The position numbers and the translations under genes were made by a program. Positions 1 through 14,269 of a stretch of DNA of 64,000 nucleotides are shown here, piece by piece. Below the pieces are notes generated by a model that made no database searches, was not told where the DNA came from, and saw only the letters and a list, made by a program, of their open reading frames with translations. The stretch lies in the NCBI GenBank assembly GCA_964016885.1, contig OZ024740.1, forward strand, positions 130,572,001 to 130,636,000, given 5' to 3'. Source of the stretch: Eledone cirrhosa. Its lineage: Eukaryota. The first letter of the stretch is position 1. Every line of letters starts with the position of its first letter.

Positions 1-659
1 TATATTTTAGAATACATTTCATAATATATTGTGTTTTCATTTCGGTATAACTGTTAGAAAAAATGAGCATGTATTGTGTTTTAAAATATTTACATTCCAA
101 ATCATCATAACGATGGGAAAAAATATTGTTATTTACATTTATTTATTCGTTTATATATGGTTAGTTCTCTAAACGAAACCATAAACTTATGTAGTAAAAT
201 TACATCTTTTATTTACTACATGGAGAGCTGTTTCTTTTATATTTTTTAAGAAATATTTAACTTCATAATACATTCACATTTTATATGCATTGCTATATTT
301 GGCTAACGCCGTGACTTGAATGACCTTTAAACATGGGAGTAGCTCAGCAGATAGAACGTTTTGCGGCAGTTTTTCAGTAGACTCACTTTATTTGTTCATT
401 AAAAGGAAAAAAAAAAAATAGTTCTAACCTACGTAATCGTTGTGTTGAGACATCTCGTAGACAAAGTGAAAATTAAGAGAAGAGAGAAAAAAAGGAAATA
501 TATATAGAATAGATATATAATCACACGTTCAATATATAAATAACCCTGCAACGATTATTTTCGATAAAGTAACAAACTGAACATTTGTTTATATTACAAT
601 ACTGATCTTGAATCTTGTTGCTTTGAAGTTTCTATAGGAATGCACTAGTATGTGTGTAA

Positions 660-1140
660 GGAAGATTGACTGTAAAACGAAATATTTTAATGTGAGTATA
701 GGACTCCATCAATGGTGCTTACTCTCATATATTCTGTCCACGAACCTCCGGAACAGGATGGGTAATCAGAGCCATGTTGAAAGTGGGATAGGGATGGATG
801 GGTGTAGAAGTCAGTTGGAAGTTGTAGGCAACATTTAACGTGCAGGAAGTTGATCTCCGACGGGCACGGGATAATCTACTGTCGAGTGCTTCACGCCAGG
901 AATGCAAATTAGTGATGCGCAGAATAAGACACTCGTTTTCTCCAGAAAGCAGGCACAATGACGCTGCATGTGCATGGTGCACGGTAAAGTCGGTGGAGGG
1001 TTTCAAGTATCTCGGTGCAATTTGTACGAGTTTTGGAAGGGTTAATTAAATGCAAGAACGGCAAGAGCTGCTGCAGCAATTCCCGTCTTTAGGGCATGGT
1101 AATCAGGTGAAGCGAGGTAAAGGCCGAGCAAGAAGAAGAA
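660..1140 (+). mobile_element. Highly decayed RTE-like LINE RT/3' remnant with (AAG)n tail
   Basis: Peptides YFNVSIGLHQWCLLSYIL (cf. FxVxxGLxQGxxLSPxLF) and VEGFKYLG in broken frames; ends in an AAG repeat. Confidence 0.55.
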
Positions 1141-1222
1141 GAAGAAGGAGAAGAAGTATATGATGATGATGATGATGAGGAGGAGGAGGAGGATGATGAT
1201 GATGAGGAGGAGGAGGATGAGG
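1131..1222. repeat. Compound (AAG)/(GAT)/(GAG) microsatellite
   Basis: Seen directly. Confidence 0.9.
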
Positions 1223-1317
1223 AAGTGTTTTGCCTTGCGTTGGTCTGTTGTCGAGAAAATCTTGGATGTATGACACAAACAACCAAGAGGGATTAATATT
1301 TTTAATAATATCGACAG

Positions 1318-1532
1318 TCGATCGACTTCCGCCAAATCGGACCGAGGAACCTATGTTTCCATTGGTCTTTCTAATTGCTGATAGTCCTAATACTCTCTAT
1401 CGCTCGCAACTCCAGGTAGAAAGAACAACGTGAAATAAAGTGTCTTGCCCAAGGACATGATAGATTGCCCGGTCTGGGAATAGAACTCACAAGATCACGA
1501 TTGCGAATCCAATGCTCTAACAACTCAGCCTT
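1318..1532 (-). mobile_element. tRNA-derived CORE-type SINE
   Basis: Reverse strand shows a B-box-like GAGTTCTATTCCC followed by TGTCCTTGGGCAAGACACTTTATTTCAC; homologous copies at 21437-21635 and 56230-56365. Confidence 0.7.
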
Positions 1533-1554
1533 CACTCATGATTATATGCATATA

Positions 1555-1745
1555 ATAATTGTTTCTACTTTAGGCACAAGGCCAGCAAATATCCAGTGCC
1601 TTACTGGTACTTTATTTTATCGACCCCGTAAGGATGAAAGGCAAAGTCAACCTCGGTGGGATTTGAACTCAGATCGTAAAGGGACGTAACCCTATGCTTC
1701 AAAGCATGGTGTCCGACTCTCTAACGATACTGCCTATCCACCGCC
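1555..1745 (-). mobile_element. tRNA-derived SINE with Meta-like domain
   Basis: Reverse complement reads GAGTTCAAATCCCACCGAGGTTGACTTTGCCTTTCATCCTTACGGGGTCGATAAAATAAAGTACCAG; near-identical + copy at 57200-57380. Confidence 0.75.
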
Positions 1746-1873
1746 ATTAACACAAAGTTAATATAAGTGTTCCTACTTTTGGCACAAGGCCAGCAATTAC
1801 CCAGAGATAGAAAATAATCAGGTCATGTAAGGTTGCTTTCCACAGGGGCTTAAATGAAATTCGAATCAGATTA

Positions 1874-3505
1874 CACCGTGTAACATATATTATGGTTCTC
1901 CGGCTCTAAGTCTTATTTCCTGGTTTGTTATATCCCATTATTATGAAGTACCACTATTAATCAATGAACAGTTTGGGTTTGTGATCAGTAGTTTGATATT
2001 TCGAAATATTCTATTTTTCAAGAAAAACATTTTTTTTGTTTTATTCATCAGTTCATATAATAAAAATAACAGAGTATATATTTATTTTATTACACAAGCT
2101 TATCAAAACCAAACAAGTAAAAACAAATAAATAACACTTATAAAGCAACTTATACACGTCAGAAATGACTGGATTTCCTGGATTTGCCGCTGTAGTCCAG
2201 GTCGCAATAAGCACTAGCCTCCAGATATAGTCCTCCATCATTTTTTCATTGTAGTGGACCTGGTAACTCCGCTCTATCTCTTTCACATCTTGGTGGAATC
2301 GTTTGCCTTGTTCTTCTGAGTAGGCGCCCATATTGTCCTTGAATCTGTTCCAGGTGAGCGTCCAGCATATGGAGTTTAAGCGACATCTTGCATCCCATGG
2401 CGCCAAAAGCCTTTATCAGATCATGCACCAGTTGCTGGTAGTGTTCAGCTCTGTAGTTGCCCAGGAAGCCCTTAACAACTGCCTTAAAACAGTTCCAAGC
2501 TGTTCTATCAATCCTATTAAGCTTATTGGAGAACTCGGTAGATTCAAACACCTTCTTTATCTGAGGTCCAATAAAAATTCCACCTTTGATTTTGGCCTCA
2601 GATAATTTGTGAAATAACTCAAGAAGGTACTGAAATGCAGCTGATTCTTGGTTGACAGCCTTTACAGACTGCTTCATCAACCCCAACTTAATGTGCAGTG
2701 GCGGCATGAGCACAATCCTAGAATCAACCAGTGGCTCCCACATGAAGTTCCGGGTCCCAACTACAAATTGTGTACGCTGCTCCCAGTTCTTTCTTTTGTA
2801 GTGGTCAGAGGTGGCTCTGCTGTCCCAAAGGCAGAGGAAGCATTGGAATTTGATAAAGCCTCTTTGGAGTCCAAGCAGGAAAGCCACCATCTTGAAGTCT
2901 CCAATGACTTCCCAATTGTATTGGTTGTGTTGCAGAGCTTCCAAGAGCACTTTCACACTGTAGTACTACAGTGCAGATGCCATCCCTAAGAGTGTAAAAG
3001 CCTGAGAAAGGTTCGTGTCGACTTCTCTGACTTGTCACCTGCACTTACTCCTAACCAAGTTCCACTGCTTCATCCTGGAGACGAATAGCTCTGCATTGGA
3101 CTTGGTCAGACCCATATCCCTGATCAAGTATTTGACTTCTTTTTGGTTTGGGAAGTGAGGAACTTTTTCTGGTACCCCAGTATCAATAAATAACTTCAAT
3201 CCACATTTTAACAATTTTATACTTTATTGCACTTTTATAATTTTCATTAGGCATTACTCTTTATTTTATAATTTTAATTTAACCTGAAACATATATGAAA
3301 AAAATAATTTAACATAAACAAATTAAACTTACATACAACGTAAAATCCATCATACAAATAATTCTAGTGAATAGCTTAGAATTTTTACAAACCCAAACTG
3401 TTAACTGTTTAAGAGCACTTTTTATATTTATTTGGGACGTAAGCAACACAAAAAAGGGATTACAAGGCAGGAATAGAGGAAACAAACATTTTTTGTTACA
3501 CGCTG
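1874..3505 (-). mobile_element. Internally deleted Chapaev3 (CMC)-like DNA transposon
   Basis: TIRs CACCGTGTAACA (1874-1885) and TGTTACACGCTG (3494-3505, 1 mismatch); TTA duplication on both sides; 16-bp subterminal inverted repeat at 1967-1982 and 3387-3402. Confidence 0.8.
2150..3185 (-). pseudogene. Chapaev3-like transposase pseudogene (frameshifted, deleted)
   Basis: Motifs LIRDMGLTKSNAEL, GDFKMVAFLLG, CFLCLWDSRA, PPLHIKLGLMKQ, SLKLHMLDAHL and, in a shifted frame, SEEQGKRFHQD. Confidence 0.8.
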
Positions 3506-3660
3506 TTATTTATGAAGCCAAAAATGATATTAACATAATGAGAACAGACCTAGATTAGAAATTTCCTCCCAAATATACGTTTCAAATTATTTGAATGTTA
3601 ATGTATATATAAAGTGTATTGCAGCTTTAATACCCGACATTTTCTCTAGCACGCCCCACC

Positions 3661-3733
<73 letters not shown>

Positions 3734-4354
3734 GGGGGGGGCGTAGTGATATTACATTTTCTTTAAACTAAATAACCTGAAAGATTACGTAGTAAATTCC
3801 ATAGAAGTATTTATTGATTTCTCATTCTATGAAAATAGGGATAAGGCTCAAAATGATAACGGAGTTTCATGGAGTATTTACATATCATTATATAATCATT
3901 GAAGATTTACAGGGGACATCGAAGGGGGCTACTTAGTAAACCCTTTCTTTCAGGGTTTGCTATTATAATTCATGTAGAACAAAAACAGTGATATTTACCT
4001 CCAAATATCTACTCTACTATATGCAACTAGACTACAGAAAGAACATATTTCACAATGCACGATATATTTCACTTCATGAAGTAACATTTTTGTTTCGAGA
4101 AACAGATAATACAAGCGAGAAAAAAATCATCACCATATACTACTTCACTCCCAAAAGATTTGCAGTTTATTCGAAAATTTGGCATTATGCATTTATTCAT
4201 ATATTCTCACTGGACATCAATTATTCCAGAAAGTAGGCTTCAACACCTATTTTAGAAAAAATGGACACTAATGTGTGGAAGACGTCGAATGCATTATACA
4301 TGTAACATAAAAATATATACATATATATATGAATGTATGTTAAACAATGCACCC

Positions 4355-4461
<107 letters not shown>

Positions 4462-4484
4462 TATATATATAGAGAAGATTATGC

Positions 4485-4606
<122 letters not shown>

Positions 4607-5459
4607 GCATAATTTTCTCTGCTGAAACTTGGGAACATCATGCTGAAATGGACGATTTATCCGTTGAGACGTTACTCTATAAATATACCCACCTTGCAAA
4701 CATCACAACACGATTTGTACTATGAAACATACTCTCCATCATTACTAATATGAAATAGGTTCAGCAACGGAAATTCACCAATCAATAGTAAATATAAGAA
4801 GTTATGTTCTGGAAAATCTGCCAAAGTCCGGCTGTTGATGGAAATAAAATGATGCTGACATTACTTCAGGTTTCCGCAAGCCTTTTTGAAATCAATTGAT
4901 TTGTATACACAATTAGTATTACATTTCACATTATCAGAAAAATAATTGTTTCATTAAAATGATGTTAATTAGTTCCTTTGTCAACGAGCATCCTTACAAA
5001 ATCAATCGAAATTTGAGAAACATTACGGACTAAACATTAACAAGTTTACATGGACATAGATGCATGTGTGAGTGTGAGGACCCAATTTACCACTAATACT
5101 AAGGTAATGAACTCGTCTAAGTCCAGCCTCCAGTTATTGTAATCAAATTAATATTCAACTCCCTTCCTTAACCAGCCACGAGATTATATATAGATCTATA
5201 TATATATAAATGAAATGTATAGAAAACACTGCAGCGAAAAGCGAACACCATTCCATAGTATATAAGTGACTATAGCGTCAAAATGGGAAAAATAGTTAAC
5301 GTAAGATGTGAGAAAAATAATTTAAACTCATCTTAAAGAGAATCAGGATATACATTAATCCACAGAATTTAGTGAAATCCAGGGAAACATCAATATAGCC
5401 TTAACTCATGATAAAATAAAGTTCAAGATACCTATCCTTCAATTTGGAAAACTTCAAAT

Positions 5460-5536
5460 GCTCTGTATAGTCGTAAGACTATTTCATGAACACTTTCAGC
5501 GTAGATGGTCACGGTTGTGTTCATCATCAGCAGTGC
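5460..5536 (-). ncRNA. Type I hammerhead ribozyme, near-intact, in a pLTR-like repeat (5210-5600; decayed homologue ~14600-14900)
   Basis: gcactg-CUGAUGA-UGAACAC..GUGUUCA-U-GAAAUAGUC-uuac-GACUAU-A|cagagc. Confidence 0.65.
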
Positions 5537-5762
5537 TCAAATCGATAACCAGGATTCTCGCAGATTAATATACCAACAAGGGAATTATAAAGCTGGCCAG
5601 TGCAACATCATGCGTGATCACGAAAAACGCACACGAGGAAAAAATGGCTATTGACGTCAGAATGAGACGAAAGTTTGTTTACAGGAAACAACAGTAAAAC
5701 ACATTCCGAAAAAAACTCTACAGTAAGGAGTTCAGCAAAATGCAATATTATCGCATTATATA

Positions 5763-5955
<193 letters not shown>

Positions 5956-6004
5956 TTGGTACATTCTTATATATATATATATATACATATATACATATAT
6001 ATAT

Positions 6005-6744
6005 ATATGAAAGACGTAAAATAAGAAAATTTTAAAATTAACTTACTTACTAAAATTAATTTACTTACTAAAATTTAAGTTAACTTGAAAATTTTCTTAT
6101 TTTACGTCTTTCATATAATTGTTCTGCATCCCCTTGCATAGAACCACAAATGTACTAAGACATAACACATATATTTGCTAGCATAGGTATACATATGTAT
6201 ACATATGTTGGTAGATATACTAATTCTCTATATTTATCTCTAAATTATTTGTTGAGCAAAACCTGCCGAAATTTACTGCTATGGTCCATGGTAGTTGTTA
6301 GGCTCTTGTCTTATTACCACTCCACTCCTCACTGATTAACTTCAGTGTCACGTAATTGATTCTTTAGATTTGCCACTGACCAAGTAGGCAGTAATTTTTC
6401 AGTGCCCTGGAATCTAGTCCCCGCTTGCTTTTTTCCATCCACTGAATTATTATTTTTATATGGGTTCCTAGTTTCCGCGCACTGCCTGGGAACTTAGCTG
6501 AGAATAGACTGCCTGATGACGTAGGGATTTCTCGTTGCGTAACTATATTTATTCCCTTACAGAAACTAATTAGTTGGAGTGAAACTTTTAGTAAGTAAGT
6601 TAATTTTAAAATGTTCTTATTTTACGTCTTTCATATAATTGTTCTGCATCCCCTTGCATAGAACCACAAAGGTACTAAGACATAACACATATATTTGCTA
6701 GCATAGGTATACATCTGTATACATATGTTGGTAGATATACTAAT

Positions 6745-6748
<4 letters not shown>
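6005..6748 (+). repeat. pLTR-like unit: ~140-bp direct repeat (6090-6228 and 6610-6748) plus a short upstream inversion; related copy at 16385-16610
   Basis: Duplicated TTCTTATTTTACGTCTTTCATATAATTGTTCTGCATCCCCTTGC...; 6005-6035 is the inverse of 6090-6117; decayed HHR-like CTGATGA at ~6512. Confidence 0.7.
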
Positions 6749-6778
<30 letters not shown>

Positions 6779-6787
6779 CATATATAT

Positions 6788-6945
6788 TTATTAAAATAAC
6801 AGATTAAAGTTTAAGCAAAGATTCGCTGCTTTCACCCTTAACGGGATCTTCTGAAACTAACAAAGTCAATCTGTAAACGCAGAAGTGGATATTTCAAAAA
6901 ACGTTGCAACCGGAGGAAGACAGGAAGACGATACTTTGGTTCGTG
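6788..6945 (-). repeat. Dispersed repeat with HHR-like fold; copies at 14040-14185 (+) and 40408-40478 (+)
   Basis: Shared TCAGAAGATCCCRTTAAGGGTGAAAGCAGC...TTTGCTTAAACTT. Confidence 0.7.
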
Positions 6946-6979
6946 GAATGTATATACATATATATATATATATACATAT

Positions 6980-7210
6980 TTATGAGGTTAGATGGACATG
7001 CTCACTGACATACAGAGTTAAATTTACACTCTGTGCTCCTGTTGAAGCCCCTGCATGGTCGTAGTGGAAGATGAAGAACGAGGTTAACATATGTTGATGC
7101 CCTAAGGACAGACACTGGTCTCTTGGAGACGCAGGGCATGGCAGCGATGTTGAGCGACAGATACAGCAGGAGAGAACTCGACCAGGACCCTCGCGAGTTT
7201 TGCACGCCGT
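6980..7210 (+). mobile_element. RTE-like LINE 3' fragment
   Basis: Translation resembles the RTE C-terminus: LRLDGH...PLHGRSGR...TYVDALRTDTG. Confidence 0.55.
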
Positions 7211-7229
7211 ATATATATATATATATATA

Positions 7230-8431
7230 TCGTTTCTGAATTTGTTTAGCAATATTTTTTTCTGAAAACGTATGTTGAAACCGATATTGTTATACTTTGG
7301 GAGGGTCATGTTGCCAATAAGAAACACACACACCAGTTGCGTTCACTCCAATTTATTATAAATTCAATTTATAAATTTAAGAATTTATAAATTTCCAATC
7401 ACACAATTTCTTTCGTCACACATTCTCTGATCTCTTCTGTGACTGGGGATTTTTCTCTTTATTTTGTGCCTCTCCTCTTGTTTTCGTGTGTTTCGTGTGC
7501 TTAGTTTCCGCATTTCTTATATCCACGTGTCTGTGAGTGTTTTTATTTGTTTATTTGGTTTATTTACACGTTACTGGTTGGTGTTTGTTCTGTGTGTGTG
7601 TGTTTTCATTTTATCCTTAATTGTAGGTTGTGATGTTAATATTCCATTCATGTTTCTATTTAATTTTGGTTGGAGTTCATTTATGTTTATTTCCATTTGC
7701 AGATTCTTATCCCAGTTGCTGAGCCTCCATTCTATTTTGCTTCTTACTATACTGTTCGATAATATTTATAACTTTTGATATAGCTATATTAAAGTGTGCT
7801 TCTGTTTGTTCATCGATCTGCGACGGCAATTGCGTGCGTTTGTTAAAAGCTAACGTTGTGCCGTGGACTCGTCGTAGGTCGAACAACATATCGGAAGGAT
7901 TATACAAAAGTAGAATTCCAGGCTGCTAGGTTATGTGTTCTATTGCTATTGTTATTGTTAGTTGTGTTGTTTCTATTTCTATTCCCACCAACAGCCTCGT
8001 GGTTGTTTCTATGTCTCTCTTTATTACTCCTGTCTCTTTCCTCTGGTTTATTGTTATTATCTACTCTATTTTGTGTGTCTGTGTCTTCGTCCAGGTTATT
8101 TTCTCTGTCAGAATCGTTAATCTCCCTTCTTCTTTCAATCCTCTTACCTTCCCTTACTTCTGTGTTACTGTCATTATCTGTTTTCTGTGTCTGTGTGTCT
8201 GTCAAGATTGTGGTGGTGGTGAGAGGCATATGATGTGTGTGTGTTGTTGTTGTTGATGTGTGTTGTTGTTATTGTTGTTGTATATGTGTATGTTGTTGTT
8301 GTTATTGTTGTTTGGGTATGTGTGTCTATTGTTATCTCTGTGTATGTTATTATTTTTGTTGTGTGTGTTGTTGTTTTGTCATCGTTGTTTGTGTCTGTGT
8401 GTCTGATGTTTTGTGATCTATGTTGTTTGTT

Positions 8432-8463
<32 letters not shown>

Positions 8464-10167
8464 GTGTTACTTTGTGTTTGTTTTTTTTTGTTGTTTTTTT
8501 GAGGCTCCAACATATTTTTGTAAATGATTTTTCTATTTCTGACAAGCATCTTATCATGTTTACCTTATTATATGTGGCATATTTAGGTGGTAGCTGTAAT
8601 ATGGATACTTCATCAGGGTCTACCGTAGTATTGCTTAACCTGATAATGTAGTGCCGCTACGTTGATGATATAAACTTCATAGTAAATACACCCCCACTAG
8701 AGAACAGTCAGGAATTAGAGAAAAACACCATGGAAAGCATCCAGCAAATAGCTAACTCCATCCACCAGAGTATTATAGTTACTATAGACTACCCAAGCAA
8801 ACACCTCCATCATCGATTACCTGTACTAGACACAGTGCTCTGGTTAGAAACCATTAATAACTAAAAACTAATCCTCCATTCCCATTATGCCAAACCCATG
8901 ACTTCCAAATATCTGATCAACCGAAACTCAGCTGTTTCTGATCACACCAAAATCAACATACCGATTGCGGATTTAGTACGGGTGATGTCCCGCATGTGCA
9001 ACCCCAAAGATCTAGAGAGACACATGCAACACTTCATCCACCGTATGCAGTTCTCTGGTTACAATCAGATATATAAAATCAGAGTATATAAAGGAGCCAG
9101 AACCAAATGGGAAAAATGGTAAATAATGATACAAATTGACGTGCCCCTTGTATAGGAGCAAATTTTGGAATAGAATATAAAGAACTAATTATAAGGTTAA
9201 TAGAATAAACTCATGGTATGATAGCAATAAACACCAGAGTGTAATGTTCATCAATACAACCCTAGAGGTGAATTAGCTTACACATTTAGAAGGGACCTAG
9301 ATAAACTTAAACTAAATATTAAGATAGTAGAAATAACAGGTATCTCCATAAAAACACTTATTAGTAATACATACCCTGTTTTAAAAGCTCCCTGTATAGA
9401 TAACAAATGCATAATCTGGAAACTAAGCCCCCATATTAACTGTAAAACTAGAAACATATTATATAGCATATGATGTACTGAAGGACAATATAAAGATAAG
9501 AATATAGTGTACATCGGTGAGCCAGCTCGTAGTATAGGACAAACGATTAAATGAACTCTGGCGAGAGCTTCAAGATAGAAATGATTCATCAGTAATCCAC
9601 GAACATGCTAAAATAGAACATAAGGGCAAATTAGAGAACATAGATCTAAATATAAAATATACACACAGAAAAGACGCAATGTTTAGACAAATCACAGACG
9701 CAATAAACATAAATGAACTCCAACCAAAATTAAATAGAAAACATGAATGGAATAGCAACATCACAACTTACAATTAAGGACAAAATGAAAATACACACAC
9801 ATGGAACAAACAACCAACCAGTAACATGTAAATAAGCAAATAAATAAACAAATAAAAACGAACACAGAAACACGGATGTAACACATGCGCAAACTAAGCA
9901 CACAACACACACAAAGCAAGATGGCGTAGGACAGAACAAAGGAGAGGCACAAAATAAAGAGAAGAATCCCCAGTCACTGAAGAGGTCTGGGAATGTGTGA
10001 CTAAAGAAAGTTGACAATATATGAACAGCCGTCCGGTTGTGGAAGCAACCACCCAACCGGAAATGTATAGATTCTTAAATTTATAAATTTAATTTATAAT
10101 AAATTGGAGTGAAAGCAACAGGTGCGCATGTTTCTTATTGGCAACATGTCCCTCCCAAAGTATAACA
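7230..10167. mobile_element. Rearranged PLE family B copy: 3' end and pLTR on - (7230-7697), N-terminal ORF piece on - (7697-8640), RT-thumb/GIY-YIG/pLTR on + (8632-10167)
   Basis: Homology to 41674-43400 and 58890-61545; RYVDD remnant at ~8655; LQLPPKYATY...EIEKSFTK on -; many stops. Confidence 0.85.
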
Positions 10168-11569
10168 TTATATATATATATATATATATACAAACATACA
10201 TATATGCATGCCAGCATTTTTGTTCGCATATTTTTTAAAATATGTACAACTCTGTGTCACTGTGCCAAACAAAACTAGAAACAAGTTTAAATGTATATGT
10301 GAGTGTGTGACTCTCTTGACATTGGTTTCCGTATAATAGATTCCGCACATATGTGATTCTTCGAACAAACATCTCAGTAGAATGGTCTCATGGATCAACT
10401 CAACAAGCTAAGAAATATTTAGAGATTGTTTGAAAATATTGAAAGAATGATGAAAAATATTTCAAGTAAAACAAATAACCTAGCATTTAGATATTTTTAT
10501 TATTTAATATATACGGAACATCGTTCGATAACGCTATCAATTTGTTTTGATATATATAGAAATCATATATTATCACGACTATTTTAAATATTATAGTTGT
10601 TTATAAATGGATTTAAAACTTCAATATTTTGATAATTTTACGGGGAAATCAAAAAAAATAATGACAGATTGCATAATGAAATCAACGTAAACTCGCTTAT
10701 AATATACTTTAACAAAATTAATGTTTTTGTATCTATAAAAAAGAAAGCAAAATTGAATTCATGTCTCATAAATATTTGCTTCAAGCTACTATTAATCGTT
10801 AGTTAAGTAATATTTATATCTTCACGTAATTTATAAACAATTTCGGTTTTGAAGATATAATTATTGATGGAAGTATTGTTATTTTTATGTTGCTTACATT
10901 TGTATTTTTCTATATGCCACTTACGTCCTGTTAAATTTGTCTATGCATTTGTAATTGTGTACTTTACGACTTCAAAATGGAAATGACTTAAATAAAATAA
11001 AATTATCTATATAAAATAAACGAAAATAGCTCAATTGTCAATATATATATATATATATGTGATTGAATTGACAACATAGTCATATTATGATTTGGATATT
11101 TCACGCATGTATTTATCTTATGCGTATGAATAAACGGAGAGCAGCCATAACATAGCATTTTCTCTTCAATCTCTCTTGAAGTCGTATAATGAAACTACTC
11201 TCATTCTTAGAGAGCAAAGTCACAGGAGTAGGGAAGCTATTACGAGCTTCTAGATGACGACTCCAAAACGCAACTGGTCGGTCGTTTCGAAAGACGATCC
11301 ATCGACCCGCAAAGCCATTTGTTAGGTGCTGATGTCGACGAAATGCAAAACGGCAGTGCTGGGTGGAAGCCGTCTTTTGTATTCATACGCCATCAACCCT
11401 AAGGGCTAGCGAGTGTCAAAGAACGACCAAATGAGTCCGCAGCTATAAAATTGTTTTATATCATAAGATTTTTATGCACAAATGATATTATTGATCTATA
11501 ATCCATTATGAGTGTCTCTTTTTTTATCTCATTAACTCTCTTTTTAAGTTATATATATATGTATATATA

Positions 11570-12260
11570 TAAATCACAAATCAAAATACAGGAATAAAGA
11601 AAGATTGAATTTAGTGAAAAGTTCGCCAATTGTGCACCCAACCAACATCCAAAACATTAACATTTTTCCCATTTACAAATTCATAGACAACGCTACTTTC
11701 ATCCATCGTACCAATAACGAAACGTATTTCATTAACAAATTCCAACCCCTACTTAATGCAATAAACTTCGGAATAAACTAAAACTGTTACAAACAATCAA
11801 ACATTTACAAATACCTATGTCTCTCTAAATAGTTACCTCCCTACACCCTACCTATTCCTTTTTCTTAAATAAATTAAATATCATCCAGTATTAATTACCT
11901 CCCCTGGATATCAACTCTCTAAAAAGAGAAATCATATCAAACCCCAGTCCACCATTAGCCTCCAGCATGGATCAACTAAGCACTCTTGCTATATTAACAC
12001 ATTTTGATATTCTTATCTTCAAGAAATATGCCTGTAAATATCATTATTTCTTCTTTCACATTGACTTATTATGCTCCACATTACACTCCTTTTTTTCTTT
12101 TATTCTTTTTTATTTTCACTTCATAAACCTGTTTGTTAATAACATTATTATTTCTGCACCATTTCTTTAACATGTCCAACACCACCATTCTACCCCAATA
12201 CATATTATCATTTGATAATGCATAAAAATAATGAAACCGGTAATAGACAATTATTAAATA
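11570..12260 (+). mobile_element. Decayed PLE 3' end (GIY-YIG C-terminus plus pLTR)
   Basis: RTNNETYFINKFQPLLN-like peptide at ~11708-11757; degenerate HHR tail GAAACCGGTA at ~12233. Confidence 0.5.
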
Positions 12261-12469
12261 TATAAATAAATAAATAAATAAAAGCCATTGATAATGAATA
12301 AATACATCAACTAATACCTAAACACTTCAAACAAAGTAAAATATTTCGTTTTAATCATTTTCTAACCCAGAAAAAAGATAGAAATAAATAAAAAGGGAAA
12401 ACAAATATTTTTCTTCGTAATAATCGTCTTTTTCTCCCCTTTTTCATATATATGTATATATGTATATAT

Positions 12470-12569
<100 letters not shown>

Positions 12570-14187
12570 CACTGAAGTATAAATATATAATATACTTGTT
12601 CGAGAAAAACAAGGGAATTGCGATCGCACAACTGGATCCCTACCCGATAATGACCAGTGCAATCCTTAACCTAAAGCAGAGAAAGAACCAAACTATCGAT
12701 TTCATCAGAGAATATAAAGAAAAGGGAAAAGTAAAATTACATTATTGATACTTGAGCTACATATTAGACTTGCGAATTTGAAAATGATTTCGATTTATTA
12801 GCGATGAGGTTTACTCATTTTTCATCTATATCAAAGAACTGCCTGTACGGAGGGAACGTCAGAAGGCGTTGTTTCGCGATGTTTCATCTTTCACAACCCG
12901 TGCTGCCATGGACATAGACTATAATATACATATAGAATTCTGTGTAATGATCATGTCATGGATATGCTAATTAGCTCTTGTGAAATAGAAAAGTTCACCT
13001 GGAAACTTCTAGGCTTGTTCTATTTAATTGAAAGTAGCTCAATGGGATTGTATATGAAACCATATACATTCACAGATTACTACGCGCATTTCACAATAAT
13101 TCTAAGAGCGAATGGGTATATGAACCAATCATATATATATTTACTGTGTTTCATTGGAATGAAGGCCGCATAATGTCCGAAAATCGAATATAATCTTTCC
13201 GCTTTAAAGAGAAATTCTTACATTTTGCCATGTTTACAGGCTTGCATTTCAAATATGTCTTCATTTATGCACACACTGGTGCACATTTATTGATCCAATC
13301 TGCATATTTAGATATATAACTTTATATATCCATACTATGTTTCTATGCACAACATATATTTAGCCTGTCTAACAAAATAAATATTTTCATAACAAAAATA
13401 AAAAATGTGTATGATCATCAGTAAATATATCACAGACTTGCCAGTTTTTATACAAGGCTGATTCAAGATATGTTAATATTTACTCAAACTATACTAACAT
13501 GGGAATAGACTAGAATATTTGTAGAATTTTGTGGGATGATCACTTCCTGGATATTCTCATTTGCACCTAGTTTGAAATTAAATCGATTAATATAATGGGC
13601 AGTAGCACTAACAGTGTTTTTATGTATAATCCGGTCGAAAAAGTAAACATCTATAAACAATATATACTACAAGTTTATATACATTAGACATAAGGGCAGC
13701 CGAACTATCAAAATCAAATATTTGTTCGATTCGAACAAGTCTATTTTTTTCTATATTATCCACTGTGAATGTATTACGGAGTTGTCAATAAGGGCGAACA
13801 TTTTAGACAGTGTTTTTTCGTGATTTGAAGAATCGTCATGTATGAAATTCATATATACACAAACTGACACACGCTCAAACACATACACATGTACACACGC
13901 ACACACACACACACACATATATGTATATATATATATATAGAAGAATCAGGACCACGATGGCTAAGAAATGTTTCTAATCGCGCCATATATCGGCGTGATT
14001 ATCCTCGCTTTTACCCATTCATTGCCAGAGAACGTCCTCCCGAACCAAAGTATCGTCTCCCTGTTTTCCTTCGGTTGTAAATTTTTACAAAATATTGTCT
14101 TGCGTCGACAGATTGATTTTTTTTTAGTTTCAGAAGATCCCATTAAGGGTGAGAGCAGCAAACATTTGCTTAAACTTCAATCTCTTC

Positions 14188-14257
<70 letters not shown>

Positions 14258-14269
14258 ATTAAATAAATG

